A stretch of 64,000 nucleotides of DNA from NCBI GenBank assembly GCA_052389695.1, contig JBQTHQ010000057.1, forward strand, positions 11,774 through 75,773. The letters run 5' to 3'. Below the pieces are notes generated by a model. The model saw nothing but the letters and a program-made list of their open reading frames with translations, was not told the origin of the DNA and did not search any database. Positions 28,773 to 38,274 of the stretch are shown in pieces. A program made the position numbers and the translations under genes. The DNA comes from Bacteroidota bacterium (lineage in GTDB: Bacteria > Bacteroidota > Bacteroidia > 2-12-FULL-35-15). Within the stretch, counting starts at the first letter, position 1, and every line of letters starts with the position of its first letter.

Positions 28773-29308
28773 AAGCAACCGCAATCAGAATAGCACAGAA
28801 CAATACAAAGGTTCTCATTATCGGAGGCGTTGTAACCGTTGCCGGAGTGTGGATCACTGTTGCTGTGTTTAACCACAGAAGAAAAACACGGGATCAGAAA
28901 GCAGTGGCATTCTTCAGCGAGCTGCAAAGAGATATTGCACCGGATTCAGTAGGACTGGTTGAAAGCAATGCCTTTGACATTCGCTATTGGGAGAATATAG
29001 GGAAGAAAATAAAGAAGCCAATGTATATGCTCACGGTTGCAAGCGCAAAATCCTACGCTAAGGATATCCGGGATTCATGGGGCGTGTTCGATGACGATGA
29101 AGACAAAATAAAAAGCGTATTCCGTGCCTTGAAAGACCAGGTTCAGGTTTCCCAAGTTGCCTCTCAATACTACAACGATCCAAAGGGAGGTAAGATTAAT
29201 CTGATTGATGACCTGAAAAGCAGGTTGGGCAAAGAAGAAGTCGGAGAAGTGCTTGAAATCGTGAAGAAGCTACCACAATACCGTTTGGCAGAACCACCAA
29301 AAAAATAA
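28769..29308 (+). CDS. membrane protein (N-terminal TM)
   Basis: 179 aa, TM VLIIGGVVTVAGVWITVAVF, overlaps previous stop. Confidence 0.4.
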   Translation: MKATAIRIAQNNTKVLIIGGVVTVAGVWITVAVFNHRRKTRDQKAVAFFSELQRDIAPDSVGLVESNAFDIRYWENIGKKIKKPMYMLTVASAKSYAKDIRDSWGVFDDDEDKIKSVFRALKDQVQVSQVASQYYNDPKGGKINLIDDLKSRLGKEEVGEVLEIVKKLPQYRLAEPPKK

Positions 29309-29311
29309 ACA

Positions 29312-29524
29312 ATGGCAGAGACAACACAAGATAAAGAACAGAAAAAAGGATTACTGAAAAAATACCTCGATAACACTTTTGGGGATGAAGGCTTACGCAC
29401 CGATGTAAAAATAACCCTCACCAACGAGACGATTTTCAAGTTCGTTGCTGCGGTGGTTGTGGCTACCGGGTTAAGCACCGCTACTTACTATGTTATAAAA
29501 TCAATGTTCACTGGCAAAGCCTGA
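29312..29524 (+). CDS. small C-terminal-TM protein
   Basis: 70 aa, TM FVAAVVVATGLSTATYYVI. Confidence 0.35.
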   Translation: MAETTQDKEQKKGLLKKYLDNTFGDEGLRTDVKITLTNETIFKFVAAVVVATGLSTATYYVIKSMFTGKA

Positions 29525-29544
29525 CTAAGAAAGGAAACATCAAA

Positions 29545-29904
29545 ATGAAGAAGGCATTAATAGCAGTTTTTTCAATATCAATTACAGCCGGAACGCTTTA
29601 CCTGACTTACTCACAGGTGAAGTCTATGTTCATTAACAAGCTGGTTAAATCCTGGATAGAAGAAGCAAAAAAGCAAAAAAAGGAATTGAGCGAAGACATT
29701 ATCAAACAGCTCAAAGAAGAACTCGATAGACTCTATCTGTGGGAAGTAAAATATTTGATGAGCTATTCATCAAAAGTACTTGCGAAGGCGCCAAAAGAAG
29801 AAACAGAGCCTTTGCTTGCGAAACTTAAAGAAAAGAAGATCAACGATAAAGCCGACCTGAAAGCGATTGCAGGGATTATTCCTTTTTCGGAAAAGGTAGC
29901 ATAA
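29545..29904 (+). CDS. small N-terminal-TM protein
   Basis: 119 aa, TM LIAVFSISITAGTLYLTY, charged helical remainder. Confidence 0.4.
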   Translation: MKKALIAVFSISITAGTLYLTYSQVKSMFINKLVKSWIEEAKKQKKELSEDIIKQLKEELDRLYLWEVKYLMSYSSKVLAKAPKEETEPLLAKLKEKKINDKADLKAIAGIIPFSEKVA

Positions 29905-29928
29905 TTACTAACAAACAAAAATCAAAAC

Positions 29929-30333
29929 ATGGAAACACTATCAGAAATCATCTCGCACATTCAGAACTACATGAAGCTCCTGGACTGGCAGTACATTATA
30001 ACCTTCATCATTATTTGTTATGGTATCAACCATTATAAGGTAAAAGAAGGATTGCAAAAGGCAACTGGAACACAAACCCGGACACGCTACCGTGTTATCA
30101 TCATTGGTGTATTATATGCAACCGGATTGTATTTCCTGCGTGGTTACAAAATTCAGCAAATAGAAAACCTGTTCCAATCATTCATTTTCGCTTTGGTCTT
30201 TCATAAGTTCATTGTGGAAGCATTACTCTATTGGCTCGCAAAACACGCCCTGCCGGAATCCATCTCAAAACATTTACTGAACGAAACACAACTACAAAAA
30301 TTAAATCAAACGAAAGAAAATGGAAAATTATAG
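29929..30333 (+). CDS. multi-pass membrane protein
   Basis: 134 aa with 3 hydrophobic segments. Confidence 0.4.
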   Translation: METLSEIISHIQNYMKLLDWQYIITFIIICYGINHYKVKEGLQKATGTQTRTRYRVIIIGVLYATGLYFLRGYKIQQIENLFQSFIFALVFHKFIVEALLYWLAKHALPESISKHLLNETQLQKLNQTKENGKL

Positions 30334-30613
30334 AGTTGAATCCGAACTATCAGGCATCAGGTGTGATGTGGTTGTTGTCGGTGCAGCCATTGTAGGGGCT
30401 TTACTACTTAACGCATTTATTCTTGTTCAGATTGCAAATGATCTGCATGAATTAAAAAAGGCACAAAAGGAGAAAGATCAAAGCACTTTGGATGAAAATG
30501 AACAAACCATTGCCGAGGAAAAAGTAGCGGAAAATAAATCAACCAGTGAACAGAAATCGGCCACAGAAACTAAAACAGAAGGCGAAACCAAAACTGAAAA
30601 TGAAAAGCAATAA
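30320..30613 (+). CDS. TM plus acidic tail protein
   Basis: 97 aa, TM VVVVGAAIVGALLLNAFILV, overlaps neighbours. Confidence 0.35.
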   Translation: MENYRVESELSGIRCDVVVVGAAIVGALLLNAFILVQIANDLHELKKAQKEKDQSTLDENEQTIAEEKVAENKSTSEQKSATETKTEGETKTENEKQ

Positions 30614-30956
30614 CATTTTTACTTCCATTCTTTTATTTATCTGTTTTGCTCTGTATGTAGCGATAGAGCTGAAAATTCCATGCAAGGACGGAGAAAAAGA
30701 ATGCAGGACGAATACAACACGACTGGAAGCAGAAAATGATTCACTGAGGAAAAACAATAAGATGCTGGATGAAAAGTATGAAAACCTCCAGGCAAAAGCA
30801 GATAGCCTTCAGGAAAAACTCTCCAGTACCAAACAAACGATTGTTCAATTAAAAAATAAACAGCATGAAAAAATTAATGCCATTGATGCTCTTACTAACG
30901 ATGAGCTTTTCGGTTTCTTCTCAAAATTTAACCCCGAAGGTTCAGGTACAAAATAA
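30600..30956 (+). CDS. N-terminal TM plus coiled-coil protein (i-spanin-like architecture)
   Basis: Start taken at internal ATG 30600 (MKSNNIF). TM SILLFICFALYVAI then heptad-rich charged domain. Confidence 0.4.
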   Translation: MKSNNIFTSILLFICFALYVAIELKIPCKDGEKECRTNTTRLEAENDSLRKNNKMLDEKYENLQAKADSLQEKLSSTKQTIVQLKNKQHEKINAIDALTNDELFGFFSKFNPEGSGTK

Positions 30957-31284
30957 GGATACACTTTTTTGCTTTACGATACCTCAAAGCAAGGTAATTG
31001 CAAAGCATTTGGAGAATAACCGGTATTGTGATTCTGTACTTGTGCAAACTGAAAACGAAGTGGAGTTGCTCAACCAACTGCAAATGGTGAAAGACAGCAC
31101 ATTGTTGATTATGAAAATGAAAGCAGAAAATCAGCAAACAATGATTGCAAATCAAGATATAGTTATCGGAGATCTGAATTTAAAACTGGAGCAAACGGAA
31201 AAGAAGTTTAAAAATGAACGATGGCAGAAAAGATTATTCGCTGCCGGCACATTCCTGTTTGCAGCGCTGGCAATTTTAAAGTAA
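30865..31284 (+). CDS. secreted protein with C-terminal TM, encoded overlapping previous gene out of frame
   Basis: Signal peptide MKKLMPLMLLLTMSFSVSSQ; C-terminal hydrophobic FAAGTFLFAALAIL. Overlaps 30600-30956 by 92 nt in another frame. Confidence 0.35.
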   Translation: MKKLMPLMLLLTMSFSVSSQNLTPKVQVQNKDTLFCFTIPQSKVIAKHLENNRYCDSVLVQTENEVELLNQLQMVKDSTLLIMKMKAENQQTMIANQDIVIGDLNLKLEQTEKKFKNERWQKRLFAAGTFLFAALAILK

Positions 31285-31309
31285 AAATTACATACTAATA
31301 CAAATATAC

Positions 31310-33013
31310 ATGAGCTTCATAGGAGGTTATCAAAGCGATGTAAATCTTAACGATATTAATTACGTTGGAGATTTCCCTGCCGATCATGCACTCGGAGGAT
31401 ACGGTGTTGCCACCGGAATAAACGGTTATGTACTTACTCTTAATCCACCATTATCACAATATCGTGATGGACAAAGGCTTGAAGTTAAGTTTCAAAATTC
31501 CAATACAGGAGCTTCGCTTATTAACGTGAATGGAAAAGGAAATATTCCCATCAAAAAGGTGGTGGATAACAACCTGGTGGATGTGGAACCGAATGATTTA
31601 AAGGCGAACCAGCAATATATTTTAATCTTTGATGGAAATGTGTTTCAGGTAGTTAACCTGGACGATAATTCCCCTTTGCCATTGGCAGACGAGAATAAGC
31701 CCGGTGTAACAGAAAGAGCAACACAAGGAGAAGTGAATGCGGGCGTGGACGATGCAAGACATATTACAGCATTAAAACTCACCAATTGGTTTTTAACCAA
31801 AGTTGCAACAGAAGCCACTCCGGGTATTTCCATGATTGCAAGTCAGGCAGAAGTAGATGATGGGGAAGACGATGCCAAATTCGTTACGCCTTTTAAACTC
31901 GCTTCCTACGTTGCAGACAAGCTCACAGGGCTTTGGGAAGACAAAGGATTGATAAACGCTTCCACTAACCCGAACTATCCGGCTGGTCAGGTCGGGGATG
32001 CTTATACAATAAGCGTAGGTGGTAAAATAGGCGGATTATTCGGAGATGATGTACAGGTAAGGGATGTGATTTATTGTACACAGAACAATCCCGGAGGTAA
32101 TAAAGAAGAAGTAGGCTATGCCTGGAATATCATTCAATCCAATTTAGTTCAGGCAACTGAAGCCATTGCGGGTTTTGCTCAAATTGCATCACAAGCCGAA
32201 GTTACAGCCGGAGTAAATAATTCCAAATTCTTAACTCCATTAAAATTGGTAACCTGGTTTGCGGCTCAACTGGCTACGGAAGCCCAAGCAGGCATTTCAG
32301 AAAGAGCAACACAGGCAGAAGTAAATGCAGGTGTGGATGATCTGAGACACATTACACCTTTGAAATTAGTTACCTGGTTTGCATCACAGCTTGCGACCGA
32401 AGTGCAGGCAGGAATTTCAGAGCGGGCAACTCAAGCGGAAGTGAATGCCGGAGTAGATGATGTGCGTTATGTATCACCGCTTAAACTCACTACGTTACTT
32501 AATTCAGTAGTGCAACAAGCTACGGAAGCAATAAAAGGAATTGCCGAAATAGCTACTCAGGCAGAAACCGATGCAGGAGCCGATGACAGCAGGATAATAA
32601 CTCCCCTGAAACTGAAGGTAAGACTTGACAATTACGTCAACCGGGAAGCAATTTTATCTCTTGGCAATGAAAACATCAATCCGAATTTCTTCTGTACTCC
32701 CGGACGGAATAAACTTGCTTTGATTAACGGAAATCTATTGGTTGCAAGAGATTTCAGATTTAAACCCAATGCCGTTCCTGCTGTTGTTGCCACGCATGTT
32801 TTAAACTTTCCCAAACCAGTTTACATTGGAGCTGGCTTTTCAGGAATACTTATCAGCAATGTAGGTGAACGTTTCATGTATAGTATTGATAGCAGCGGAC
32901 GGGTGTCTTTATTCGGAACCTTTAACCAAGCGAATGATGAGCTGCTTTTTAATATCAACCCTTACGTTGCGAAATTCCCAATTGAGTTTCATCCAACTCA
33001 GCCTCCATCCTAA
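31310..33013 (+). CDS. tail fibre protein with Phage_fiber_2-type repeats
   Basis: At least six ~40-aa repeats of the form GI(S/A)E(R/I)ATQAEV(N/T)AGVDD ... (I/V)TPLKL. 567 aa. Confidence 0.7.
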   Translation: MSFIGGYQSDVNLNDINYVGDFPADHALGGYGVATGINGYVLTLNPPLSQYRDGQRLEVKFQNSNTGASLINVNGKGNIPIKKVVDNNLVDVEPNDLKANQQYILIFDGNVFQVVNLDDNSPLPLADENKPGVTERATQGEVNAGVDDARHITALKLTNWFLTKVATEATPGISMIASQAEVDDGEDDAKFVTPFKLASYVADKLTGLWEDKGLINASTNPNYPAGQVGDAYTISVGGKIGGLFGDDVQVRDVIYCTQNNPGGNKEEVGYAWNIIQSNLVQATEAIAGFAQIASQAEVTAGVNNSKFLTPLKLVTWFAAQLATEAQAGISERATQAEVNAGVDDLRHITPLKLVTWFASQLATEVQAGISERATQAEVNAGVDDVRYVSPLKLTTLLNSVVQQATEAIKGIAEIATQAETDAGADDSRIITPLKLKVRLDNYVNREAILSLGNENINPNFFCTPGRNKLALINGNLLVARDFRFKPNAVPAVVATHVLNFPKPVYIGAGFSGILISNVGERFMYSIDSSGRVSLFGTFNQANDELLFNINPYVAKFPIEFHPTQPPS

Positions 33014-33025
33014 TCCTAAAGACGT

Positions 33026-34309
33026 ATGGCAGGCGGTGGATATGATAGCGACCTTAATCTCAATAATGTTAAGTTAATTGGAGATTTCCCGATTGAACAT
33101 TCTCTCGGAGGTCATGGTATTGCTGATAATCAGGAAACCAATAAATACATTCTAACGCTTACTCCACCAATTACGCATTACCGGATCGGATTAACATTGA
33201 ATGTTATTTTCTCTGTTACCAATGAAGGAAGTGCAACCCTGAACGTGAATAATCAGGGTGAAATAACTATCCAAAAGGTTATTGAGGACCGTCTGGTAGA
33301 TCTTGATAAGAAAGATATTGTAGTTGAAAAAGTTTATCTATTGGTATTTGACGGACGGGTATTTCAAATCGTTAATAATTATTCTCCAGGAATCATTGCC
33401 TTTCCAATTTCCTCTGAAAATTCTTTGGGGCTTATTGAAATTGCGACACAGGCAGAAGTAAATACCGGAACAGACAATCAAAGAGCCGTTACCCCGCAAA
33501 AGCTCGCACAATACGTTGCAGATAAAGTTACCGGACTTTGGGACGACAAGGGATTATTGGATTGTTCTTTAAATCCTAACTATCCGGCTGCTTTAAAAGG
33601 CGATGCTTATACCGTTAGCGTTGCCGGAAAAGTTGGCGGACCAGCTGGTACAGATGTACAAGTTAGAGATGTTGTTTACTGCACAATTAATAATGCAGGA
33701 GGCACAGAAGCAGCGGTGGGTGCATCATGGAATGTAATTCAGGGAAATCTTGTTCAGGCAACCACAGCACTGGCCGGAATAGCAAGAATTGCTACACAAG
33801 CTGAAGTAACTGCCGGAGTAGACGATACCAAATTTGTAACACCTCTAAAGCTCATAACCCTTTTAAACAGTAAAAAGATGCGAACACAAATCCGTTTTCA
33901 ATCGGATTCACTTCCTGAATCAGAAGTCCCGTCAGGTACATTAGCTGACTATCATTTCGGGATAATACCCGTTACCGGTATTCCGGCAGGATCCACCATA
34001 CGGCAAGCCTCATTGTCCTGGGAAGGGTATCTAAGGAATTTAGATACGGATAGTCCCAACAGCTTCAATAGCGGAAATCTCGCAATGCAGAGAGACGGTG
34101 GTGCATTTAGCAATTATCTGAACGTTGTAACCAAACTCCAGTTAGGCCCAGGGCAGGTAACCTTCTTCAGGTATGTAGAGGACGATGTAAAAAGCCTTGC
34201 AATAGGTAATGGAACATACCTGGCCAAATTAGCTAATCTAAGGGCATTAGGAAAGAATATAGCGATTGCCGGGCACTGGACACTTGAAATTGATTATGAA
34301 ACACCCTAA
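33026..34309 (+). CDS. tail fibre protein, paralog with different C-terminal domain
   Basis: N-terminus MAGGGYDSDLNLNNVKLIGDFPIEHSLGG parallels MSFIGGYQSDVNLNDINYVGDFPADHALGG of the upstream gene. Shares IATQAEV ... TPLKL repeats. C-terminal 150 aa are unrelated. Confidence 0.65.
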   Translation: MAGGGYDSDLNLNNVKLIGDFPIEHSLGGHGIADNQETNKYILTLTPPITHYRIGLTLNVIFSVTNEGSATLNVNNQGEITIQKVIEDRLVDLDKKDIVVEKVYLLVFDGRVFQIVNNYSPGIIAFPISSENSLGLIEIATQAEVNTGTDNQRAVTPQKLAQYVADKVTGLWDDKGLLDCSLNPNYPAALKGDAYTVSVAGKVGGPAGTDVQVRDVVYCTINNAGGTEAAVGASWNVIQGNLVQATTALAGIARIATQAEVTAGVDDTKFVTPLKLITLLNSKKMRTQIRFQSDSLPESEVPSGTLADYHFGIIPVTGIPAGSTIRQASLSWEGYLRNLDTDSPNSFNSGNLAMQRDGGAFSNYLNVVTKLQLGPGQVTFFRYVEDDVKSLAIGNGTYLAKLANLRALGKNIAIAGHWTLEIDYETP

Positions 34310-34320
34310 CCCCCTTTAAA

Positions 34321-34677
34321 ATGGACTATATAAAACTTATAGCAATACTGTTCAGCGCAACCGGTTTTTGGAAACTGGTGGAGCTGGTGATCCGGTTCCG
34401 GTCAGACAACAGAAAACAATCAGCCGAAATCCGAAACCTGAATGCACAAGCTGAAAAACTCACTTCTGAAAATTGGATTGAGTGGTCTAAAACCCTTGAA
34501 AAAAGAGTAAAAGAACTGGAAGCCGTTGCTGAAGAAAACAAGGAACTCAAAAAACAAATCGAGAGCCAGCGCAACCGGATCTGCGAGCTGGAGAATAAAG
34601 TTGACAAAGTGGAAAAGGAAAACGAGCAGCTACGCAACCAGGTAAAAGAAATTTCAAAAACACAGGAACATGAATGA
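34321..34677 (+). CDS. N-terminal TM plus coiled-coil protein (fibre assembly or spanin-like candidate)
   Basis: 118 aa, TM LIAILFSATGFWKLVELVI followed by heptad-rich ELE/KELKK region. Confidence 0.4.
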   Translation: MDYIKLIAILFSATGFWKLVELVIRFRSDNRKQSAEIRNLNAQAEKLTSENWIEWSKTLEKRVKELEAVAEENKELKKQIESQRNRICELENKVDKVEKENEQLRNQVKEISKTQEHE

Positions 34678-34807
34678 CCAAAGTAAAGGAATGAAACTGC
34701 TTTACACAGTATTCCTTCTTGCAGTAACTGCAAGAACTGTTATTGCATTATACGACAGGTTTACGCCTAAAGAAAAAGAATGTGATTGTAAAAACAAATT
34801 GAAGTAA
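34670..34807 (+). CDS. small single-TM protein (holin-like candidate)
   Basis: 45-aa ORF overlapping both neighbours; TM LLYTVFLLAVTARTVIAL; immediately upstream of the M23 peptidase. Confidence 0.25.
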   Translation: MNDQSKGMKLLYTVFLLAVTARTVIALYDRFTPKEKECDCKNKLK

Positions 34808-34808
34808 A

Positions 34809-35339
34809 ATGAAAATTACACGAAAGCAGGTATATTGGGGACTTGGCATAACAGCCGGTTTAATTACCATTGGTGTATTGGTTCACAAACACCGCAAGAA
34901 AATTAAGGAAGTTGCCGAAGAAGCAAAAGAAAAAGCAGAAAGCTGGCTTCGCCCGGTAGTAGCTAAAATTACCAGCAAATTCGGATATAGGACAGATCCA
35001 AAAACAGGAAAACAGAATGCCTTCCACAATGGAATTGATTTAGCAGTTCCTTTAAATACCCCAATTAAAAGCCCAATGCCGGGCATTGTTGATGCTGTTA
35101 CTTCAGGCGGTGATGGTGGCAACCAAGTCATTCTTAAACATGATAACGGGTATAAAACCGGCTATGCTCATCTCAATAAAGTGCTGGTAAAAAAAGGAGA
35201 TAAAGTAAAACAAGGAGATGTAATCGGATTATCAGGTAATACAGGTAAAAGCACAGGCCCTCATTTGCATTTGACACTTACCGATAATTCAGGTGCTAAA
35301 GTTGATCCTCAGAAAATGATTTATTCGGGATTGGTGTAA
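34809..35339 (+). CDS. M23 family peptidase (peptidoglycan endopeptidase) with N-terminal TM anchor
   Basis: HNGIDLAVP ... GYAHL ... GDVIGLSGNTGKSTGPHLH motifs; TM GLGITAGLITIGVLV. Confidence 0.75.
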   Translation: MKITRKQVYWGLGITAGLITIGVLVHKHRKKIKEVAEEAKEKAESWLRPVVAKITSKFGYRTDPKTGKQNAFHNGIDLAVPLNTPIKSPMPGIVDAVTSGGDGGNQVILKHDNGYKTGYAHLNKVLVKKGDKVKQGDVIGLSGNTGKSTGPHLHLTLTDNSGAKVDPQKMIYSGLV

Positions 35340-35344
35340 AAGGT

Positions 35345-35590
35345 TTATTTACCTTCTTTATTGAATATGTGCAGTTCACCGCCTTCATTGTGCATACTAC
35401 CGTATATAATACCATGAAGATACACGATAGAGCCTTTTTTTAAAGTGAGTAATCCTTTAATTGTTCCAAAAATTCTTGTCGTAATATTTTCTTCAACTGT
35501 TACATTGTTCGCCTTTAGATCATTGTACTGAGTGTTGCGTTTAATAAAGACATCACCAGTCGTTTCCTCGTTAATATTAACTAACTGCAT
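35345..35590 (-). CDS. bactofilin-like small protein
   Basis: 81 aa with Gly-spaced hydrophobic repeats (IFGTIKGLLTLKKGSIVYLHGIIYGSM); weak call. Confidence 0.3.
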   Translation of the reverse strand: MQLVNINEETTGDVFIKRNTQYNDLKANNVTVEENITTRIFGTIKGLLTLKKGSIVYLHGIIYGSMHNEGGELHIFNKEGK

Positions 35591-35685
35591 AGGAGACGGA
35601 TTGAGATGGATAATTTAGGCTACGCAACAATCTTTCTTGATGCTTACAGCACCTATGTAAAGGCTTATTTTGTTGGTAAGGAATT

Positions 35686-35723
<38 letters not shown>

Positions 35724-35847
35724 CGGAAATGCGGGTTTCGGAAGGGGTGTTATTTTTAGTAATTGTTTTGTAATTCACATTATTCATATAACAAAGGTAG
35801 TAATTTATAAAGGAATTAAAGTTATTGAAAAAAATGCGAAAATATTA

Positions 35848-36507
35848 TTACTTCTTATTTACTAATAAATTTTTTGCTACCTCGTGGCTCAGAAATACTT
35901 TTTCTTTTGCATTTATTTGTACCTGAATAGATTTATCAAAGCCTACTATTTCTATTAATTTAATTTCTTTTCCAATAGCCAACCCTGTTCTATCGAGATA
36001 CTGGAGAAAGTTGGCCGAATGGTCAACAACACCTGTCATTATACAGCTCTGACCTGGATTAATCTCAGCGAGTAAAAGAGATTTTTTTCTATTAAAAACA
36101 CCTTTGGCATCAGGAATAGGATCACCATGAGGATCTATTTTAGGATAATTCAGAAACTTATCAATACGGTCTATCAGCTCATCCGAATTAATATGCTCCA
36201 GCTGCTCGGCCATGTCATGTACCTCGTCCCATTTAAAATTAAGTTTCTCTACAAGAAACACTTCCCATAGCCGGTGCTTTCGGATAATACTTACCGCTAT
36301 GGTCTTTCCTTTCTCTGTAAGGGTAACACCTTGGTATTTCTGATAGTTAATTAGTTTTTTCTCTGCCAGCCTTTGTATCATATCAGTTACCGTAGCAGCT
36401 TTGGTATTCATGCGTTCAGCAATAGCCGTTGTGCTAACAGTTTTTCCTCCTTTTTCTAATAGCTTGAAGATTGCCTTCAGGTAATTTTCTTCCGTAAACG
36501 AGTTCAT
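35848..36507 (-). CDS. DtxR/MntR family metal-dependent transcriptional regulator with FeoA-like C-terminal domain
   Basis: EENYLKAIFKL, TVTDMIQRLAEKKLI, IRKHRLWEVFLVEKL, DEVHDMAEQLEH, DPHGDPIP motifs. Confidence 0.8.
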   Translation of the reverse strand: MNSFTEENYLKAIFKLLEKGGKTVSTTAIAERMNTKAATVTDMIQRLAEKKLINYQKYQGVTLTEKGKTIAVSIIRKHRLWEVFLVEKLNFKWDEVHDMAEQLEHINSDELIDRIDKFLNYPKIDPHGDPIPDAKGVFNRKKSLLLAEINPGQSCIMTGVVDHSANFLQYLDRTGLAIGKEIKLIEIVGFDKSIQVQINAKEKVFLSHEVAKNLLVNKK

Positions 36508-36557
36508 GCCCTCAAATTTACAGCAAATATAGTAATTTGACCGGTAGAATTATTTAT

Positions 36558-36587
36558 TTAGACTAATCTAAATATTTTTATTAGATT
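36558..36587. promoter_or_regulatory. candidate metalloregulator operator in divergent intergenic region
   Basis: Imperfect palindrome TTAGACTAATCTAA (36558-36571) plus TTAGATT half-site at 36581-36587, upstream of the lipoprotein operon and divergent from the DtxR-family gene. Confidence 0.3.
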
Positions 36588-36607
36588 TGCATAAATATTT
36601 ATCAAAA

Positions 36608-37837
36608 ATGAAGCACTTAAAATATATTTATGTCCTTTCTGCTATAACCGCAGTGGTTTGTTTGCTGGTAGCTTGTGAAAAGATGCTGCCTCCAGCACCA
36701 AAGGACGATGAAATCTTAGACGGCCCCATTGAGGGACTTTCGGCAGCCGAAAATGCTCAATTCCTGGCAGGAGATATTGCCTTCAACGATGAAGTGTTCA
36801 CACCTGAAAACGGACTTGGACCTTATTTCGTTGCTTCCTCCTGTGGAAGCTGCCATGCCGGGGATGGTAAAGGACATCCTTTTACCACGCTTACCCGATT
36901 CGGGCAAAGCGATAGCACAGGCAATCAGTTTCTTGATTTTGGCGGTCCGCAATTGCAAAACAGGGCAATACCAGGTTATACACCCGAACAAATACCTACC
37001 GGAGCATCGTTCGCTAAATTTACTCCGCCTGCCACTACCGGCTTGGGTTTTCTCGGAGCATTAACAGATGCACAGATACTTGCCAATGCTGATCCGAATG
37101 ATGTAAACGGAGATGGAATTTCAGGAGTTGCTAATTGGATTTCTCCACCTCCTTATTTTCAGCCCCGTTGGTTTCATCAGCCGGTTAGTGGTAAATACGT
37201 TGGTCGTTTTGGTAAAAAAGCCGCAGCCATTGACCTGTGGCATCAAACAGTAAATGCCTACAATCAGGATATGGGCGTAACTTCTGAATATTCCAACGTT
37301 GAGCCTGCGGTAAATGGAGTACAAAGTCCTTATGGCGACAATGCCCCTGATCCTGAAGTAGCATCTTCAAGAGTTCTGAACGTGCTGTTTTATTTAAGAA
37401 CACTGAAAGCCCCGGTGCAACGCAATCAAAATGATGCAGAAGTACAAAGCGGAAAAAATGTGTTTAATAATATCGGTTGTAATAAATGTCATACCTCTGA
37501 ATGGACAACGCCACAATCGGATATCGCTGCTTTATCCTATAAAACATTTTATCCTTACACGGATCTATTGTTACACGATATGGGTTCAGGACTGGATGAC
37601 GGTTATACCGAAGGAAACGCCAAAACAAGTGAATGGAAAACTCCGCCTCTTTGGGGATTGGGATTATCAAAGAACTCACAGGGCGGGCAATATTTCCTGA
37701 TGCATGATGGTAGAGCAGGCAGCATTGATGCAGCCATTCAATTGCATGAAGGAGAAGCTCAGAACATTAAAAATCAATACAACCAGCTGAGCGAAACAGA
37801 CAGACAAAACCTGATTAAATTCCTTGAAAGTTTATAA
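36608..37837 (+). CDS. di-heme cytochrome c peroxidase-like lipoprotein (DUF1111 family)
   Basis: Two CxxCH motifs (CGSCH, CNKCH). Lipoprotein signal MKHLKYIYVLSAITAVVCLLVAC from ATG 36608; the TTG at 36587 given by the ORF track is less likely. Confidence 0.65.
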   Translation: MKHLKYIYVLSAITAVVCLLVACEKMLPPAPKDDEILDGPIEGLSAAENAQFLAGDIAFNDEVFTPENGLGPYFVASSCGSCHAGDGKGHPFTTLTRFGQSDSTGNQFLDFGGPQLQNRAIPGYTPEQIPTGASFAKFTPPATTGLGFLGALTDAQILANADPNDVNGDGISGVANWISPPPYFQPRWFHQPVSGKYVGRFGKKAAAIDLWHQTVNAYNQDMGVTSEYSNVEPAVNGVQSPYGDNAPDPEVASSRVLNVLFYLRTLKAPVQRNQNDAEVQSGKNVFNNIGCNKCHTSEWTTPQSDIAALSYKTFYPYTDLLLHDMGSGLDDGYTEGNAKTSEWKTPPLWGLGLSKNSQGGQYFLMHDGRAGSIDAAIQLHEGEAQNIKNQYNQLSETDRQNLIKFLESL

Positions 37838-38274
37838 TGGACAGAAAAGAATTTATTAAAGCCTGTGGTTACTCTTGTTTAGGGTTGATTGGGCTTTCAC
37901 TTTTGGATTCATGTACTTCTGTAAAATACGTACAAGCCGGGGCTGAAAACAGCCAGCTAAAAATTGCCCGGTCTGAATTTTTTGAAGTGAAAAAAAATAA
38001 AACGCAAACCAGGCGATATGTAATAGTGAAAGCAAACACACTTAATTTTCCGATTGTACTGTACCGTTTTTCTGATGCTGATTTTTCAGCTTTGTTACTT
38101 CAATGTCCGCATCAGGGAATGGAGTTGAACGTAAATGGTGATTTGCTTTCCTGTTCAGCACATGGCAGCGAGTTCAACAACAAAGGAGAAATTATACAAG
38201 GCCCCGCAGAACAAGGTTTAAAAAAATACAAGGTTACTTCTGATACTGAAAATATTTATATACACCTAACATGA
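37837..38274 (+). CDS. Rieske [2Fe-2S] domain protein
   Basis: CPHQG ... CSAHGSEF Rieske-type motifs; N-terminal signal/Tat-like segment. Confidence 0.65.
   Translation: MDRKEFIKACGYSCLGLIGLSLLDSCTSVKYVQAGAENSQLKIARSEFFEVKKNKTQTRRYVIVKANTLNFPIVLYRFSDADFSALLLQCPHQGMELNVNGDLLSCSAHGSEFNNKGEIIQGPAEQGLKKYKVTSDTENIYIHLT

Noticed and set aside
36587-36607. TTG start proposed by ORF track for the di-heme lipoprotein
   Set aside because: Downstream ATG at 36608 yields a clean lipoprotein signal peptide; the TTG extension overlaps the putative operator
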